Assembly (NCBI RefSeq): GCF_006345805.1
Contig: NC_042998.1
Span: 154,690,001 to 154,754,000, forward strand
Direction of reading: 5' to 3'
DNA length: 64,000 bases
Source: Octopus sinensis
Taxonomy: Eukaryota
Shown: positions 51,834-64,000 of the stretch, piece by piece
Layout of the letters: each line of letters opens with the position of its first letter
Position numbering within the stretch: the first letter of the stretch is position 1
Translations under genes and position numbers: made by a program
The notes under the pieces: generated by a model
Databases searched by the model: none
Seen by the model: the letters and a program-made list of their open reading frames with translations, nothing else
What the model was told of the DNA's origin: nothing

Positions 51834-54800
51834 GAAATAAGATTAAGATTAATGTAAAAAATAAATAACACTGAAGCAAAGTAACACCAAATATATAGTG
51901 CGTGTGTCTTTATTGGCTTAACTGGCAAAATGACTATTCTGAAATCTAACAATATCTGTTTCAACACACGACTTCACATAAAAAATCTTGCACAACAAAT
52001 ATATAAACGTATATATATTTATATATATATACATATATAGAAATATTAAAGTTTCTCTAAAGGAAATTACGGCAGCGTTATCGCCAAGCTAATATGGTAG
52101 TCTATAAATAAAAGACTAAAGCTGCCGCTGATTAGCTCCAATATGTATTGAATCTGAGAACAAAATTGCACTTTTAAACAAATTTGAATTTGCCATTTTG
52201 TCCACTTTTTCATGCTGAAATGCAACATTTGGTCACATTTTGTGATTTGAGTGGGTAAAAATAATCTTGCTATGAATCAATTTACATTTACTCGGAGGTT
52301 GTTAGTATAAAAAATGCTTCTGAGAAATATTGTAACAATTATGTAAAAAAGTACACTTAAAAACAACAAATTTGAATTCGCAAGTTTGTTTAATTTTTGA
52401 AGCTTTTCAGCAAATTTTGACACGTTTTTCATTAAAATGTACACTAAAAGACACTTTTATTAATTGTTATTAGTATCAATATGTTACCAAAAATATCTTT
52501 TCAATATTTTACCAAAAAATAGTATGAAATATTTGCATGCAGTCATACACACATGTTTGCATTCTTATACATATATTTACACACATGCCTACATACATAC
52601 ACTCATATGTATATATATATAATTACATGCATACATACTTACATTCTTACATGTATACATGCTTTCTTACAAAGATGCATATGTCCATACATTCACACCT
52701 ACCTTCATACTTATATATACATGACTACATACGGAATCCATTTGTAGGAAAAATGACTTGCAACAAATGTACACTAAATGTACAATTTTCTTCACTCTTT
52801 TATGCTTATTTTGACACATTTTTTTTGACACATGTACATATATACGTACATACACACATACATGCATATATACATACACACATGCATTTATACTTACATG
52901 CATACCTATATTCATACATACCTCTATAAATACATAGTTACATATATACATATATAAATACTTTCATACATACATACATTCCTACATTCATAGATACATA
53001 CTTGCATATATAAATACATACATGCATACACACATTTATTCATACGTATATACATACATGCATACATACATTCATACATATATAGATACATTCGTATATG
53101 CATTCTTACATACATATAAACACTCATACATATATACATACATGCATACATACAAACCATTATACCTACATACATGCATACATACATATATACATTCATG
53201 CATGCATATATATGCATACATTTATAGATACATGCATACATGTATTCATACATATATACATAAATGCATGCATAAAATCATACATGCATACATTCATGAA
53301 TTCATGCACTGTCTGGAACAGCTTGTGTGCAACACAATTTCCCTCTTTGTTTCCAAAAACTACTGGCGTCAGGAACAAGAAAGCAACCTTAGAAAATATG
53401 ACACTTTATTTCGTTATTACATAAAGAAGGCACGTTGTTAACCAGAGCCGGTCAATTCTCAAGCGTCTGGGACAGGAGCATATGCTGATAACACGTGAAA
53501 CACGTTTTCTCTCTTCAATAGCCGTGTCTCAAGTCCCCGACGCAAACAACCCCGCACAGGCACACTGTAGAATGACGTGTATGCATACATACATACCTGC
53601 ATGCATACATACATATATACATGCATACATTCATATATGCATACATATATACCTATATCCATACATACATATATGCATGCAATCTTCAATTTATGCATAC
53701 ATACATACAAACATGCATAAATACAGATATGCATACATACATATATACATACATGCATGCATGGATGCAGACATGCATGCACGCGTACATACATACATAC
53801 AAACATACATGCATACCTACATACATACATACATACACACATATATTCATATGTACATAACTACATACATAGATGCATGGCTACCTACATACGTACAACA
53901 TACATACATTCAAACATATCTACATGCATTGTTACATACATACATGGATTTATGCATACATGCATACATTCATGCATACACACATACATACATACATATA
54001 TGCATACATACATTATATGCATACATACATTGATACATGCATATGTATATACATATATCCATACATACATACATGCATGCATACACGTATACATACTTAC
54101 ATAAATACTTAGATATATACATACATACATACATACATAGATTCATGTCTGCATACATACATTCATCAATCCATATACACATACATACATACCCATGCAT
54201 GCATGCATCCATATTGAGTTATTAGTATTGGTGGAAGGACTTGCTTATAAACAGCAGGAGTTTAGACAAATTATGTAATGATGTTACAAAAAATGTAAAC
54301 AATCTCCTAGATTTTTGTGAGATGTCACCACAGATCAGTCTAAACATGAGTTGTTCTTGAGTGTATTAGAAGAGACCAGTGTGAAATCAGGAACTTTGCA
54401 ATATGAATAGCAAATCATAATGACAAGCACATGCTTTTATTCCTCAGAGTAACTGTCAGAATGCTGAACTGTAAAAAGAACTGTCTTCAATAGCCTAGAA
54501 CACTTACCACTTGCACAGAACTTAGAACTTTCTGATGTTACTCTGTTATGCCTGATAAAAGTTAATAATAAAAAATGTATGTATAAAAAAGTAATGGTTA
54601 CTCTTCACACTCATCCAAGTTTCTAATTCATCTTACACAGGACATAAATAACAGACAACATGCTTTACAGTACTTATTTTAATACTTTATTGTCTTGAAT
54701 TCAAATATTGCTTGAGAAAACTTTACATATATTAGTGCATGAAATAAGTGTCAATAAAAAAAACCGCCAAATCAATTCGTTACACTTAGTCAATATTAAT

Positions 54801-55015
54801 AAAATGGTATTGAAAATAAGGTTGTTACAGATAATTTGTGTGTGTTTTAATCCATTATTTGCTCTGTATATCCACACAAAAGGTCTAAAATTTTATACCT
54901 CTTTACAAAATTGTTATTAGTTTTACAATTCATATGATGAAAAGCAGAAAAAATTTTATACTTTCTAAATTTGAAAAACGGTGTATAACAAAATTCCTTA
55001 ATTCAAATGTATTAC

Positions 55016-55452
55016 TCATTCCTGTTTATTTCCAGTATAAGCTGTAATAATTTGATACGGCTTAATCCCATATTTTCCATGGCTGATCTTAATATTTTCA
55101 AACTTACTTTGAAGGAGTGCATTCATATACTTTTGAACATCTGCATCACCATATCGTAAAACACCTATAGTTTTCATATATTTTAGGTATCTTTGGTTAA
55201 GTACAGTAACCATAAAACAGCCAGGCTTTAAAACACGATACAACTCTTGAGCACTTTTATTAAGATCTGGCCAAAAATAAAAAGTGTTGCAGTGAAAAAG
55301 TCGATCAAAAGAATTGGATTGAAATGGCATTTCCATAACATTTCCTAGATGTAGTTCCACTTGTTTTTTGATGATGCCTTCACTCATTAGTTTGGTAGCC
55401 TCTTCCAGAATGTAAGGTGAAAGATCCAATCCAGTTACTTTTCCTTTACCAT
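55016..55452 (-). CDS. Terminal exon of a class I SAM-dependent methyltransferase (Methyltransf_11/UbiE-like)
   Basis: GKVTGLDLSPYILEEA...GNVMEMPFQSNSFDRLF...ELYRVLKPG. Acceptor ttctttgctttttag precedes 55452 and TGA is at 55016-55018. The motif I exon was not found in the window. Confidence 0.85.
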
Positions 55453-55490
55453 CTAAAAAGCAAAGAAAATTTTAAACCACTTTAATTATA

Positions 55491-56036
55491 CTGGGTTGTC
55501 CGGAAAGTTCGTGCCGATTTTTAAAGGAAAGAAAAAGGTCAATAAATACTTGCCATTACATTTTTAATCAACCAAATATGAAGCATTTTGTTGTGCAATG
55601 CATCTCCATCATTCCTTCAACTTGAAAATACCCTCTTCCCAGAACTGAGGTGTTTTCATCGCAAAGAATTTATCAAGGTATCTTTTTACGTCATCCAAGG
55701 AATTGAAATTTTTACCATTAAGACTATTCTGCAGAGACCTGATTAAGTGGAAATCCGAAGGAGCAATATCTGGTGAATATGGAAGGTGGGGTAACACATC
55801 CCAGCCGAGCTGCAGTAATTTTTGTCTGGTTCCCAAAGCATCTTGAAAACTTTCTTATCTTCCATTTTAAAGGGTTACAGAATTAACACAGGTTATAGGA
55901 ACATAAACCTTCTTCCACGAAAAGACAGCTTAAAATGGAGGTGTAGTCAAATCCTATTTTATGGACTCAACCATGTTCTAAAATAAGTCGAAAGATAAGC
56001 TGCTATAAATCAGCATGAACTTTCCGGACAACCCAA
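55491..56036 (-). mobile_element. Internally deleted mariner (DD34D) element
   Basis: TIRs ctgggttgtccggaaagttcgtg / catgaactttccggacaacccaa with TA on both sides. Transposase C-terminus HLPYSPDIAPSDFHL at 55609-55836. Confidence 0.92.
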
Positions 56037-56379
56037 TAATTTGTAACCATCAAATTAGATAAAAATTGATAAAATTTCAATTTATCGCTGGAATAGATAA
56101 ATCACTAAATTTTGTGAAGACTCAATTATCAATATAACATTTTGTTTTATAATGAATAATTGGATTGATATTTAAAATACCTCTATTTTTTTTAACAAAT
56201 TATTACCTAGAACTAATTGAAAATATTCACTAAAGGTTACCTGAATGTCAGGCATTGACAATGGAAAACAAGTTCACTTCTCAACCAGAAGGTTTCCAAT
56301 CCATTTCTGTGCACATTCGTTTTAGGATCACTACTACTTTGTTATCTCCCCTACTTAGCTTTCCTGTGTGATCCTTCTG

Positions 56380-56575
56380 TCTGGCATTCACCATGATAGA
56401 TCGCTAGCCACTACACACAGTTTTTCTCTCCTTGTTTCTTTCTGAGTTCCTTTCTGTGCAAGAGCATAGGCTCGAAACGTTAAAGACTTTTTCAATTCCT
56501 GAGCGTTATATTAATACATCTGTTTGTTTTTACATCACCTGTCTTCGTCTTTTGTTTTTCTCGTGAATTCTCCCT
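56380..56575 (+). mobile_element. Penelope-like 3' remnant with a hammerhead-like motif (56450-56485)
   Basis: CUUU CUGUGCAA GAGC-AUAG-GCUC GAA ACGU U AAAG, with a palindromic stem III. Confidence 0.55.
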
Positions 56576-56589
56576 ATATATAGTTAATC

Positions 56590-58045
56590 CAAACATGAAA
56601 ACACAATAACGGGAGGACGTGGAACAAGTATAGACGCTCAAGAAAGGAAAGATAGAAGGAGGATTTAACATTTCGAGCAGAGCTCTTCGTCAAAAACATA
56701 GAAAAATTAAAGATCCAAAGAAGGAAAGATGGAGAAAGAAAATCGCCAACGATACACACGCGGTCACATATTGAATGACTGGAAGGGAATGGGTGAAGAA
56801 AGACAGGAGAATTCAAGAGAAGGAGGTATGTGTGTGTAAGTGTGTGCACGCAGGTCTGGGTGTGTGTAGTGATATTACGTGTGTGTATGTATATGTAGTA
56901 TGTGCGTGTTTGCAGTATGTGTGTGTATGTATGTATGTGTGTGTGTGTATGTGTGTATGCGTAGGGGTTTTGTGTGTGGGAAGTAACTGTGCTTTACCTT
57001 GTGTATGTGCATATATATGTATGTATAATTGTGTGCGTGTATGTATGAATGTGCTGTGTATGGGAGGTATGTAAGGGTTCATTTGCGTGTGTGTGTGTGT
57101 GTGTGTGTATGTATGTGCATGTCGTTAATGCGCATGTGGGTGTATATACGTGTATGCATGGGGTTGTGTGTGTTAAGTATGTGTGCATTAGTGTGCGTGT
57201 GTGTGACTATATGTGTATGTGTGTGTGCATGTATGCATATATTGTGTGTGTATGTATATGTATGGGTGTGTATGTGAATTTGTGTGTGCGTGGGTTGTGT
57301 GTGTGGGGGGTTTGTGTAAGCGTAATGTGCGTACCTGTGTGTATGTGCATGCGTGTGCTTATGTGCATATGTGTTTATGCCCATGTGTGTATAATTCTGC
57401 ATTGTGTGTTGGCGGTATATGTGTGAACCTGTGCTAGTGTGTGTGTGTGTATGTATGTGTGTGTATGTGCATGTGTGTGTATGTGTATGTGCGTGTGTGT
57501 ATGTGCATGTGTGTGCGTGTATTATGTGCATATGTATGTGCATGTGTGTGTATGTGCATTCCTGTGGGTGTGTGTACGTTTGTGCACTGTGTGTGTACGC
57601 GCATATGTGTGTGTGTGTGTGTATGTATGCGTGTGTGTGTGTGCAAGTATGTGTGTGTATATGTGCATGTATGTGTGTTGTATGTGTGTGGAAGGTATAT
57701 GTGCGTTCGTGGATACGTACGTATGTGTATGTGTGCATGTATATAGAAATAAAAACAATAAAAAATTATAAAAGCAATAAAATATAAAATTAAGGTTGAA
57801 AGGAGATAAGGAAGACAATGCAATATGAAAGGCTCAATTTCTAGTAAAAACGAGAAAAGAAATTTAAGTTGCTTGTGGAGGTGTAGAGGCAGTCACTAGG
57901 AGGAGGGGTTGCGTTTAGTCCATGGGGGATAGTTGTCCGTAAATTAAAGATATAGTGCTGTTCCAAGCGGAGTCTTGAGTGTGGGGATCCATGGTGTAGA
58001 GCGAGGAAAAAGACGGAGATGTTTGGCCAAGCAGAAGTGACATGC
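56590..58045 (-). mobile_element. Penelope-like 3' remnant: GIY-YIG C-terminus, (CA/TG) microsatellite and degenerate hammerhead (56663-56697)
   Basis: Peptide SRLRLEQHYIFNLRTTIPHGLN (57841-58092 ORF). Minus strand UGACGAA GAGC-UCU-GCUC GAAA UGU UA. Confidence 0.65.
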
Positions 58046-58139
58046 ATATACATATACATAAGCACACATAATTTCCACATAAACAGTGACATAAGCCGCC
58101 TCTAAAATGAAAACAAGGCAGCAGAGGCTTAACATCAAT

Positions 58140-59110
58140 CCAAAATGCCTTTGAATGTCATATCATACCCACTTCAGCAACATCTTTTAACCAAATGTTG
58201 AAGCGCATTCCTTGACCAAGTTTGATATGAGGCTGATAACATCATAAGACTTGGAAGGCAGCTCCTTGAGCAACATTCCTTGTCTGATAGAACCTAGAAT
58301 ACGTGACCAAAGAAGTCACATGACTCTACTGCAACATATCCTTAGATGAAAGGATGAGCCTGTATGAGCCGAAGACTATGCATGGATATGTTAGTAGAAA
58401 GCTCCGTGATGATAGTAACATTAATCATCAAAGTAGTCTATCATGGACCAATAGCCAGATTACTACCTCCCACTTTGAAGGGTATGCATTTGCAATCCAA
58501 GAGCAAGAAATATCAACCAAATACCTGATGCACAAAAGGGACAGAGATGCAGGAAAAGCGGTAAAATGTGACAACTAATGTAGACTTTGTGGAGTTAACA
58601 TCGAAGATATCACCCACATCAATTGTCAAAAATATTGCCGCAGTATTATCTACCAATGAGACATGATGTTGTAGCTAGGAAACCCCGTAATGAAACCTGT
58701 CAGAAGGATAACCCTGAGGACAAAGAAATAAAAACCCACAGTATGGTAGAAGCCACAGCCACTCATAATAATGAGTACTAGTGGAATGTCCCATTGAAGA
58801 CCTCAATAAAATGTAAGCACAACAGACCTGATATGATGATTTGGTATAGAGAAGAGAAACTGTATACAGTTTCAGAAATTAGCTGCCCAGCAGATGTTAA
58901 CATAAAGTGAAAAAGAGAATATCTACGCTGATATCTACACTATCCAGATTACATGTTCAGGTTTATACTTGTAATTATTGGGGCCCTAGCATATGTAACA
59001 TACTGCCTAAATTACCCATCTTGAGAAATTAGGCATCTCAAAATCAGAAAGGAGAAAGCTAATCCATTTCATCACTTAGAACTGTAAAAATTTGTAAAAT
59101 TTTCTAGAAG
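58140..59110 (+). mobile_element. Degenerate 3' end of an RLE-clade (R4/Dong-like) non-LTR retrotransposon
   Basis: FAIQEQEISTKY, CRLCGVNIEDITHI (CCHC), RHDVVAR, HNRPDMMIW and EISCPAD motifs, with stops and frameshifts. Confidence 0.8.
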
Positions 59111-59237
59111 TTTATCATTTAAGTTTATCAGAAGTTTATCATATGAGCATGTATATATCCAACTATATGCATGAGAATACATACATAAAACAAAATATAC
59201 AAAAAAATCTGCACATATACATACATACATACACATA

Positions 59238-59612
59238 CTCTTTTACTCTTTTTCTTGTTTCAGTAATTTGACTGCGGCCATGCTGGAGCACTGCCTTTAG
59301 TCAAGCAAATCGACCCCAGGTCTTGTTCTTTGGAGGCCTAGTACTTATTCTGTCGGTCTCTTTTGCCAAACTGCTAAGTTACGGGGATGTAAACACCCCA
59401 CCATTGGTCATCAAGAGATGTTGGGGGGACAGACATATACACACACTCATTGTTCAGTTTTATTTCAAAATTTCTATATATATATGACGGGCTTCTTTCA
59501 GTTTCTGTCTACCAAATCCACTCACAAGGCTTTGGTTGGCCCAAGGCTATAGTAGAAGACACTTGCCCAAGGTGCCACGCAGTGGGAATGAACCCGGAAC
59601 CATCAGCCACAC
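59238..59612 (-). mobile_element. tRNA-derived SINE (octopod-type), A-box region deleted
   Basis: Minus strand: ggttccgggttcattcccactgcgtggcaccttgggcaagtgtctt head/core, then the 3' domain ...ggccgcagtcaaattactgaaacaag and an aaagagt tail. Confidence 0.85.
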
Positions 59613-60119
59613 CTGCGCCTTATGTACATACATACAAACAAAAATACCATGTTGTTGAAGTTGAAATTCTAATGAAGGGATCTAGGCTAAAAACCAGCTC
59701 TTTCTCTATCTACAAGAAATTTTGAAATAAAACTGAACAATGACATACATACATATAAACCTATAGATCAGTTCAAATATGTTTGTAAAAAGACCATTTT
59801 CACTGCAGTTTGCTATGGGAAAAGTTCTTGTTTTAGGAAAAATGTGTAAAACACCGGTCATTTTAGAGCACCCTGTATATACTAATTATATACATTTTGA
59901 GCTCTTTATGCTTTCATCAGTATTAGAGTGGACAACTCTGAAATGATTGGATGCCTCGGTTTTCTTATAAGAAATCAATAGGAATCACTCAGCGTGTGCT
60001 GCAGCCCCTAGGTCAGAACAAAACACATGGTTGGTGTGTGAAGTAGTGTTGTTAGATAAACAAACTTTTTTGACCTGTAAATATGCCACTTTCACAGCAA
60101 TCTGCCATGCTGAGAAATT

Positions 60120-60344
60120 CTCACTTTAAGCAAAAATGTGTAAAACACTGAAATCTGATAAGAACATAAAATGCTTGAAAGGCATATATTAATCCATAGT
60201 GGGTGTTCTGAAGATATTTTACACCTTTTAAAGTCTCACTTTAAGCAAAAATGTGTAAAACACTGAAATCTGATAAGAACATAAAATGCTTGAAAGGCAT
60301 ATATTAATCCATAGTGGGTGTTCTGAAGATATTTTACACCTTTT
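60120..60344 (+). repeat. 115 bp-period local tandem duplication
   Basis: tcactttaagcaaaaatgtg...acaccttt at 60121 and 60236. Confidence 0.95.
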
Positions 60345-61390
60345 GTCTAAAGCGAGCATTTTTTCCTTTATAAATTGTAGTTGAAATGGTCTTTTTACAT
60401 ATCAAATACATTCTAAACATATTTGGAATGACTGAAAAGTTTACTTGTTCCATAACACTGCTTTACATGTTAACTCTGCATACATGTGCATTTTATCTTT
60501 ATGACATGTTTTGCATTGGTCTGATAACATTGTATCATAGATGAATGCTAGCTAGACATACATGAAAGAAGCTCTAACATCAATAATAGAAAATGTGAGC
60601 TGTAAGTAGTGCCATAACATGAAATGCAGTTATGCTAAAAGAATGTGTATTTATAAAGAAATGAAATATTACAACCTAAATACTGCCGATAAATTTTAAT
60701 ATAAACATATACACACACTACAATGCATTTTTAATGTAGTTAGTATTTGTTACTAAACACAATATCGTCATAAATACAATTATCCAATTTATGTCTATGT
60801 ATCGTTGAAAATTGAGCTCATCTCATTCACATTATTGATACTCTTTTTAAGCAAACCAAATGAATGAAGTATATTCTTTGCTTATACATATCATGCAGTT
60901 GTATAATTAAATATTGTTACATACAAAAAGAAAGTGGAGCGAAGCAAACTGATATGTAGATATATAACAACAATGTAATAATAGGCATACACAACCTACT
61001 GACTTTGTTTTGTTATAACTTGCACAAAAATGGTTATTTTTTAATGAAATTCTCTACAAATATGCTTCAGATAGTTTAGATTCTGATTATATCTAAATCA
61101 TAGTGGAAAATGTATGGGGGTGGGGGGCAATCTCCTGTTCTTGGGTTGCAAATACATAACCTTCAAGAGATGTTACACTTAAAGTCTTCTGCAAATTTCA
61201 TTAGAAAATATCCATGAATGTTTCTGAAAGCTAAGAGGAAAGAAATTCATTGGGGCACATAAGTACTTTATTGGGTACTTGTCACTGGTGACAAGAAGTA
61301 TGAATGATTGCAGAATCACTCTTTCCATGCTAGTATGGAAAAGCAAATGTTGAAACAATATGTTAATGATGTTAAGATAATGTTAATGAA

Positions 61391-61533
61391 ATTAAATAAT
61401 AACATGTTAAATGTTAATAATAATGATGTTTATCTAATACTAGCATTAAATAATAACATGTTAAATGTTAATAATAATGATGTTTATCTAATACTAGCAT
61501 TATGACCCGGCGTTGCCTGGTCATAGTGCTAGT
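61391..61533. repeat. 54 bp tandem duplication ending in a Helitron-type 3' terminus folded into a hairpin
   Basis: attaaataataacatg at 61391 and 61445. actagcattatgacc...ggtcatagtgctagt at 61493-61533. Confidence 0.75.
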
Positions 61534-61596
61534 TTGGTATAAATTTGTTAAATTAAAAATTTGGGGTAATAAAACATACAATGACATATTAAAAAG

Positions 61597-61687
61597 ACAC
61601 ACTTTCGTACATCTCTCCCTTAGGGAGGGGCAGCCCACTTCTTCCTTGTCTGTCTCAACACAGACAGACAAAAAACCAAATTCCGTG
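61597..61687 (-). mobile_element. 5' stub of the LINE at 62763-63475
   Basis: ~85 bp near-identical to 63383-63470. Confidence 0.75.
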
Positions 61688-61705
61688 ATATTAAACATAT
61701 CATAT

Positions 61706-62758
61706 TGTTGTGGTTCAACTTAAGGACAGATCTGGCGACCTACTTTGCTTGGCTGGAGACTGAAAGTCTACAATGCAAAGTTATAGTCCTTTGTTTTAGA
61801 AAGAGTAATGAGCTTTTAGTGGACCTTTGGCCTTGTGCCAGTCAGGGAAGGGTCAAAGAAACTACCTTATAAAAGCAGGAGCTGTGAATCTAAGTAAATC
61901 AGTTCCGGCTGGAGAGATTGAGAGACAGTCAGCATTTGGGATTCAAGGCGAGCAGTCGGTAGTTGGGAGCTTGTCATGAGAGATGACAGTAGAGTGAGAG
62001 GATGAAGGGCTGAGGAAGACATGCACATAGGACTAAGCGGCGATGGAGAGAGATTACGGTGGAGGGAAGGCACAGTTATTATAGTAGGAACTGTAACGGT
62101 ATGTGTTAATTGTATGTTTTGATATGTGAAGAAAAAAAGAAGGAAAGAGTTGTGGTATTTATGTAAAAAAAGAATCGATGTAAAAGAGAACTGTGTAATG
62201 AACATTGTTTATGTTGTTGATGGTTATAAAGAAAAGGCTAAAGAGAACTGTTGTAGTCTTTAATGAACATTGAACTGTATATGCCTTTAATGTGATTTGA
62301 ACTGTAACGTTAATGTGATTTGAAACAGAACTGTTGTCTCCGGACTGTTATATTGTATCTGCATGTTTAAATGCTTTGATCTGTTGTATACCTGTTTCTT
62401 GATTTGTTGTTTTCTTTAAATGCTGTTGTTATTGCATTTGATGTGTTGTTACTTGCATGTATTTCCTCTTTGATGTATCTGATATGTATTTGATGTTGTA
62501 ACAATTATAAAGTGTTATAAACTAGTACGTTAAATGTAAGCCAATTGCCTTCCGCTGTGTTTCTTTGTGCCTCTGTGTCTCTTCCTGCAGCAGCTGTTAT
62601 AGTTGTTGTCTCTCTCCTCTCTGAGTTCCGTGGCGAACACTCGCCGATCGATTCGAGCCTGGTCAATCGTCGTCGCTCGACTTGTTGGGATCCCGGGTTC
62701 GAGTTTGAGCGACGGCAGGTGGGATTCCGTAACAGCTTTCGTCGGAGGTCCCGTAACA
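61706..62758. mobile_element. Solo LTR (~1050 bp)
   Basis: TGTTG...GTAACA termini with an ATAT target-site duplication (61702-61705 and 62759-62762). Confidence 0.8.
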
Positions 62759-62762
62759 ATAT

Positions 62763-63475
62763 ATTTAAAATTGACACTCCCCTCGTCGGGATGCTTTTTA
62801 CACACAACACATCGTTTCTTTATTACCCATAAAGGGCTACACAGAGGGGACAATACAAACATTGGGGACATAAAACATCACAATTACATTTTCATATTTC
62901 ATTCTCCGTCAACATTAGGAGGTATCCCCTCCTCCCTGATCCGAGTAGTTTTTCTATGAGGGCAGAAGGAACATCTTTTCTGTCTTCACCGTTCTCGCTG
63001 CCATTTTCCTCGCCACACTTTCATTCTTGAATTGGACCACCACGGTACCGAAATTTATGCCTCTTGCCAAGAATATTATGTCTTCTTCCGTTCTTTTTAA
63101 TGCTTCTTCTATTGTTTCGATACCGACGATTCTATTTTCTTTTTTCCATTGGCATAAACCCGGTACGTGATGGTCCTTCGTTCATGTCACTCTCCTCGTT
63201 TTGGTGGCGGTGACAACTCCACTTCACCGCCGACCTTTTTAATAAATGCCTGGTAGCTTGGCAACTTGGCCAAGTCTATTTCTCTTTCCTCCGTTCTTGT
63301 CGCTCCTGCGTATGTGTTGCCTAATTGCTTGTCCATTTTCTTTATCGCCTTTTCAAGTTCTTCTTCAGAAGTTGATTAATCCGACACACTTTCGTACATC
63401 TCTCCCTTAGGGAGGGGCAGCCACTTCTTCCTTGTCTGTCTCAACACAGACAGACAAAAAACCAAAAAGCCGTGT
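62763..63475 (-). mobile_element. Tx1/L1-like LINE derivative: 5' UTR, degenerate ORF1 N-terminus and an AATAAA-bearing tail
   Basis: ATG at 63399 (MYESVSD*STSEEELEKAIKK...), then IETIEEALKRTEEDIIFLARGINFGTVVVQFKNES, then stops and aataaa near 62820. Confidence 0.65.
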
Positions 63476-64000
63476 AACAATAACGTTTAACGATAAAAAT
63501 TAACAATCAACAATTAAACAGCAACTCACAGGTTCAAATAAGAAGCACAATAACACACAACACATAGTACACGGAAACAAATGCACAATTACATACCTGC
63601 TACATGCGAAAGACCAGACATTACGTACTCCCAAAAATTCTCATAGATACTGAATGCTACTTTATAAGCATATAATTCAATCTAGCAGCTATAGTAACTG
63701 GACTAATTCACTTCTGCACTCAATTAAATTTTTTATCTTTTAATTTCTCCCATTCATGCAAAGCCACATATTCAAGTTCAAGTCCTTGATACATTTTATA
63801 CTAATTGCTATTTTTTCTTTTAATTGTTATATTACGATTTAATTACCATTTTAAAATAAAATATATTTAATTACTACTTACTACATTTACTATATTTAAT
63901 TCAATTATTACCTCTAACTTTTATCGCAATTTTTATTTCTAAATTTCTTATGGAACATCGAGTGGTTCTTATACGTACAATATATTTTTATATGATGTTT

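Larger units (their letters stand above)
48395..52015 (-). mobile_element. Penelope-like element (RT + GIY-YIG) with an inverted duplication of its 3' end
   Basis: ~51216-52015 is a diverged reverse complement of ~48395-49300 and flanks the RT region. This architecture is typical of Penelope-like elements. Confidence 0.92.

Noticed and set aside
53280-53575. Complex-sequence island within the CATA field
   Set aside because: No recognisable peptide, splice pair or repeat termini, so it is left unannotated.
56230-56340. Possible upstream methyltransferase exon (CAG|GTAACC donor on the minus strand)
   Set aside because: The frame required to join the phase-1 acceptor has a TGA just upstream, and there is no motif I.
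59770-60420. Possible Tc1-like remnant (caccctgtata and a weak inverted similarity)
   Set aside because: No second matching TIR and no transposase trace.

Overview
Eukaryotic, repeat-dominated window, probably an octopod cephalopod genome (inferred from the (TA)n/(CATA)n load, a tRNA-head SINE family I recognise from octopus, and a divergent GC-rich 28S). Nearly all ORFs in the supplied track are artefacts of simple repeats. 1-31.2 kb is a ~17 kb two-copy duplication. Each copy holds an AT-rich fold-back satellite, an LTR fragment, a ~240 bp palindrome, a Tx1/L1-like LINE remnant, SINE tails and a GC-rich repeat array. 28.3-41.5 kb is an rDNA-derived locus: GC-rich spacer-type repeats, a putative Pol I initiator with ~300 bp of unique sequence, a fusion into the last ~700 nt of 28S, a 3' ETS-like segment, then more spacer repeats. 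No 18S, 5.8S or 5' 28S is present. 41.5-54 kb has CATA microsatellite fields, three non-autonomous Helitrons and a Penelope-like element with an inverted terminal duplication. 54-64 kb has the last exon of a SAM methyltransferase gene (the only clear host CDS), a mariner derivative, hammerhead-like Penelope remnants, an RLE-type LINE, a SINE, a solo LTR and LINE 5' fragments. The best leads are the 'mini-rDNA' unit with its candidate spacer promoters, the 8-nt-core hammerhead variants, the palindrome, and short spacer fragments copied into neighbouring junctions.
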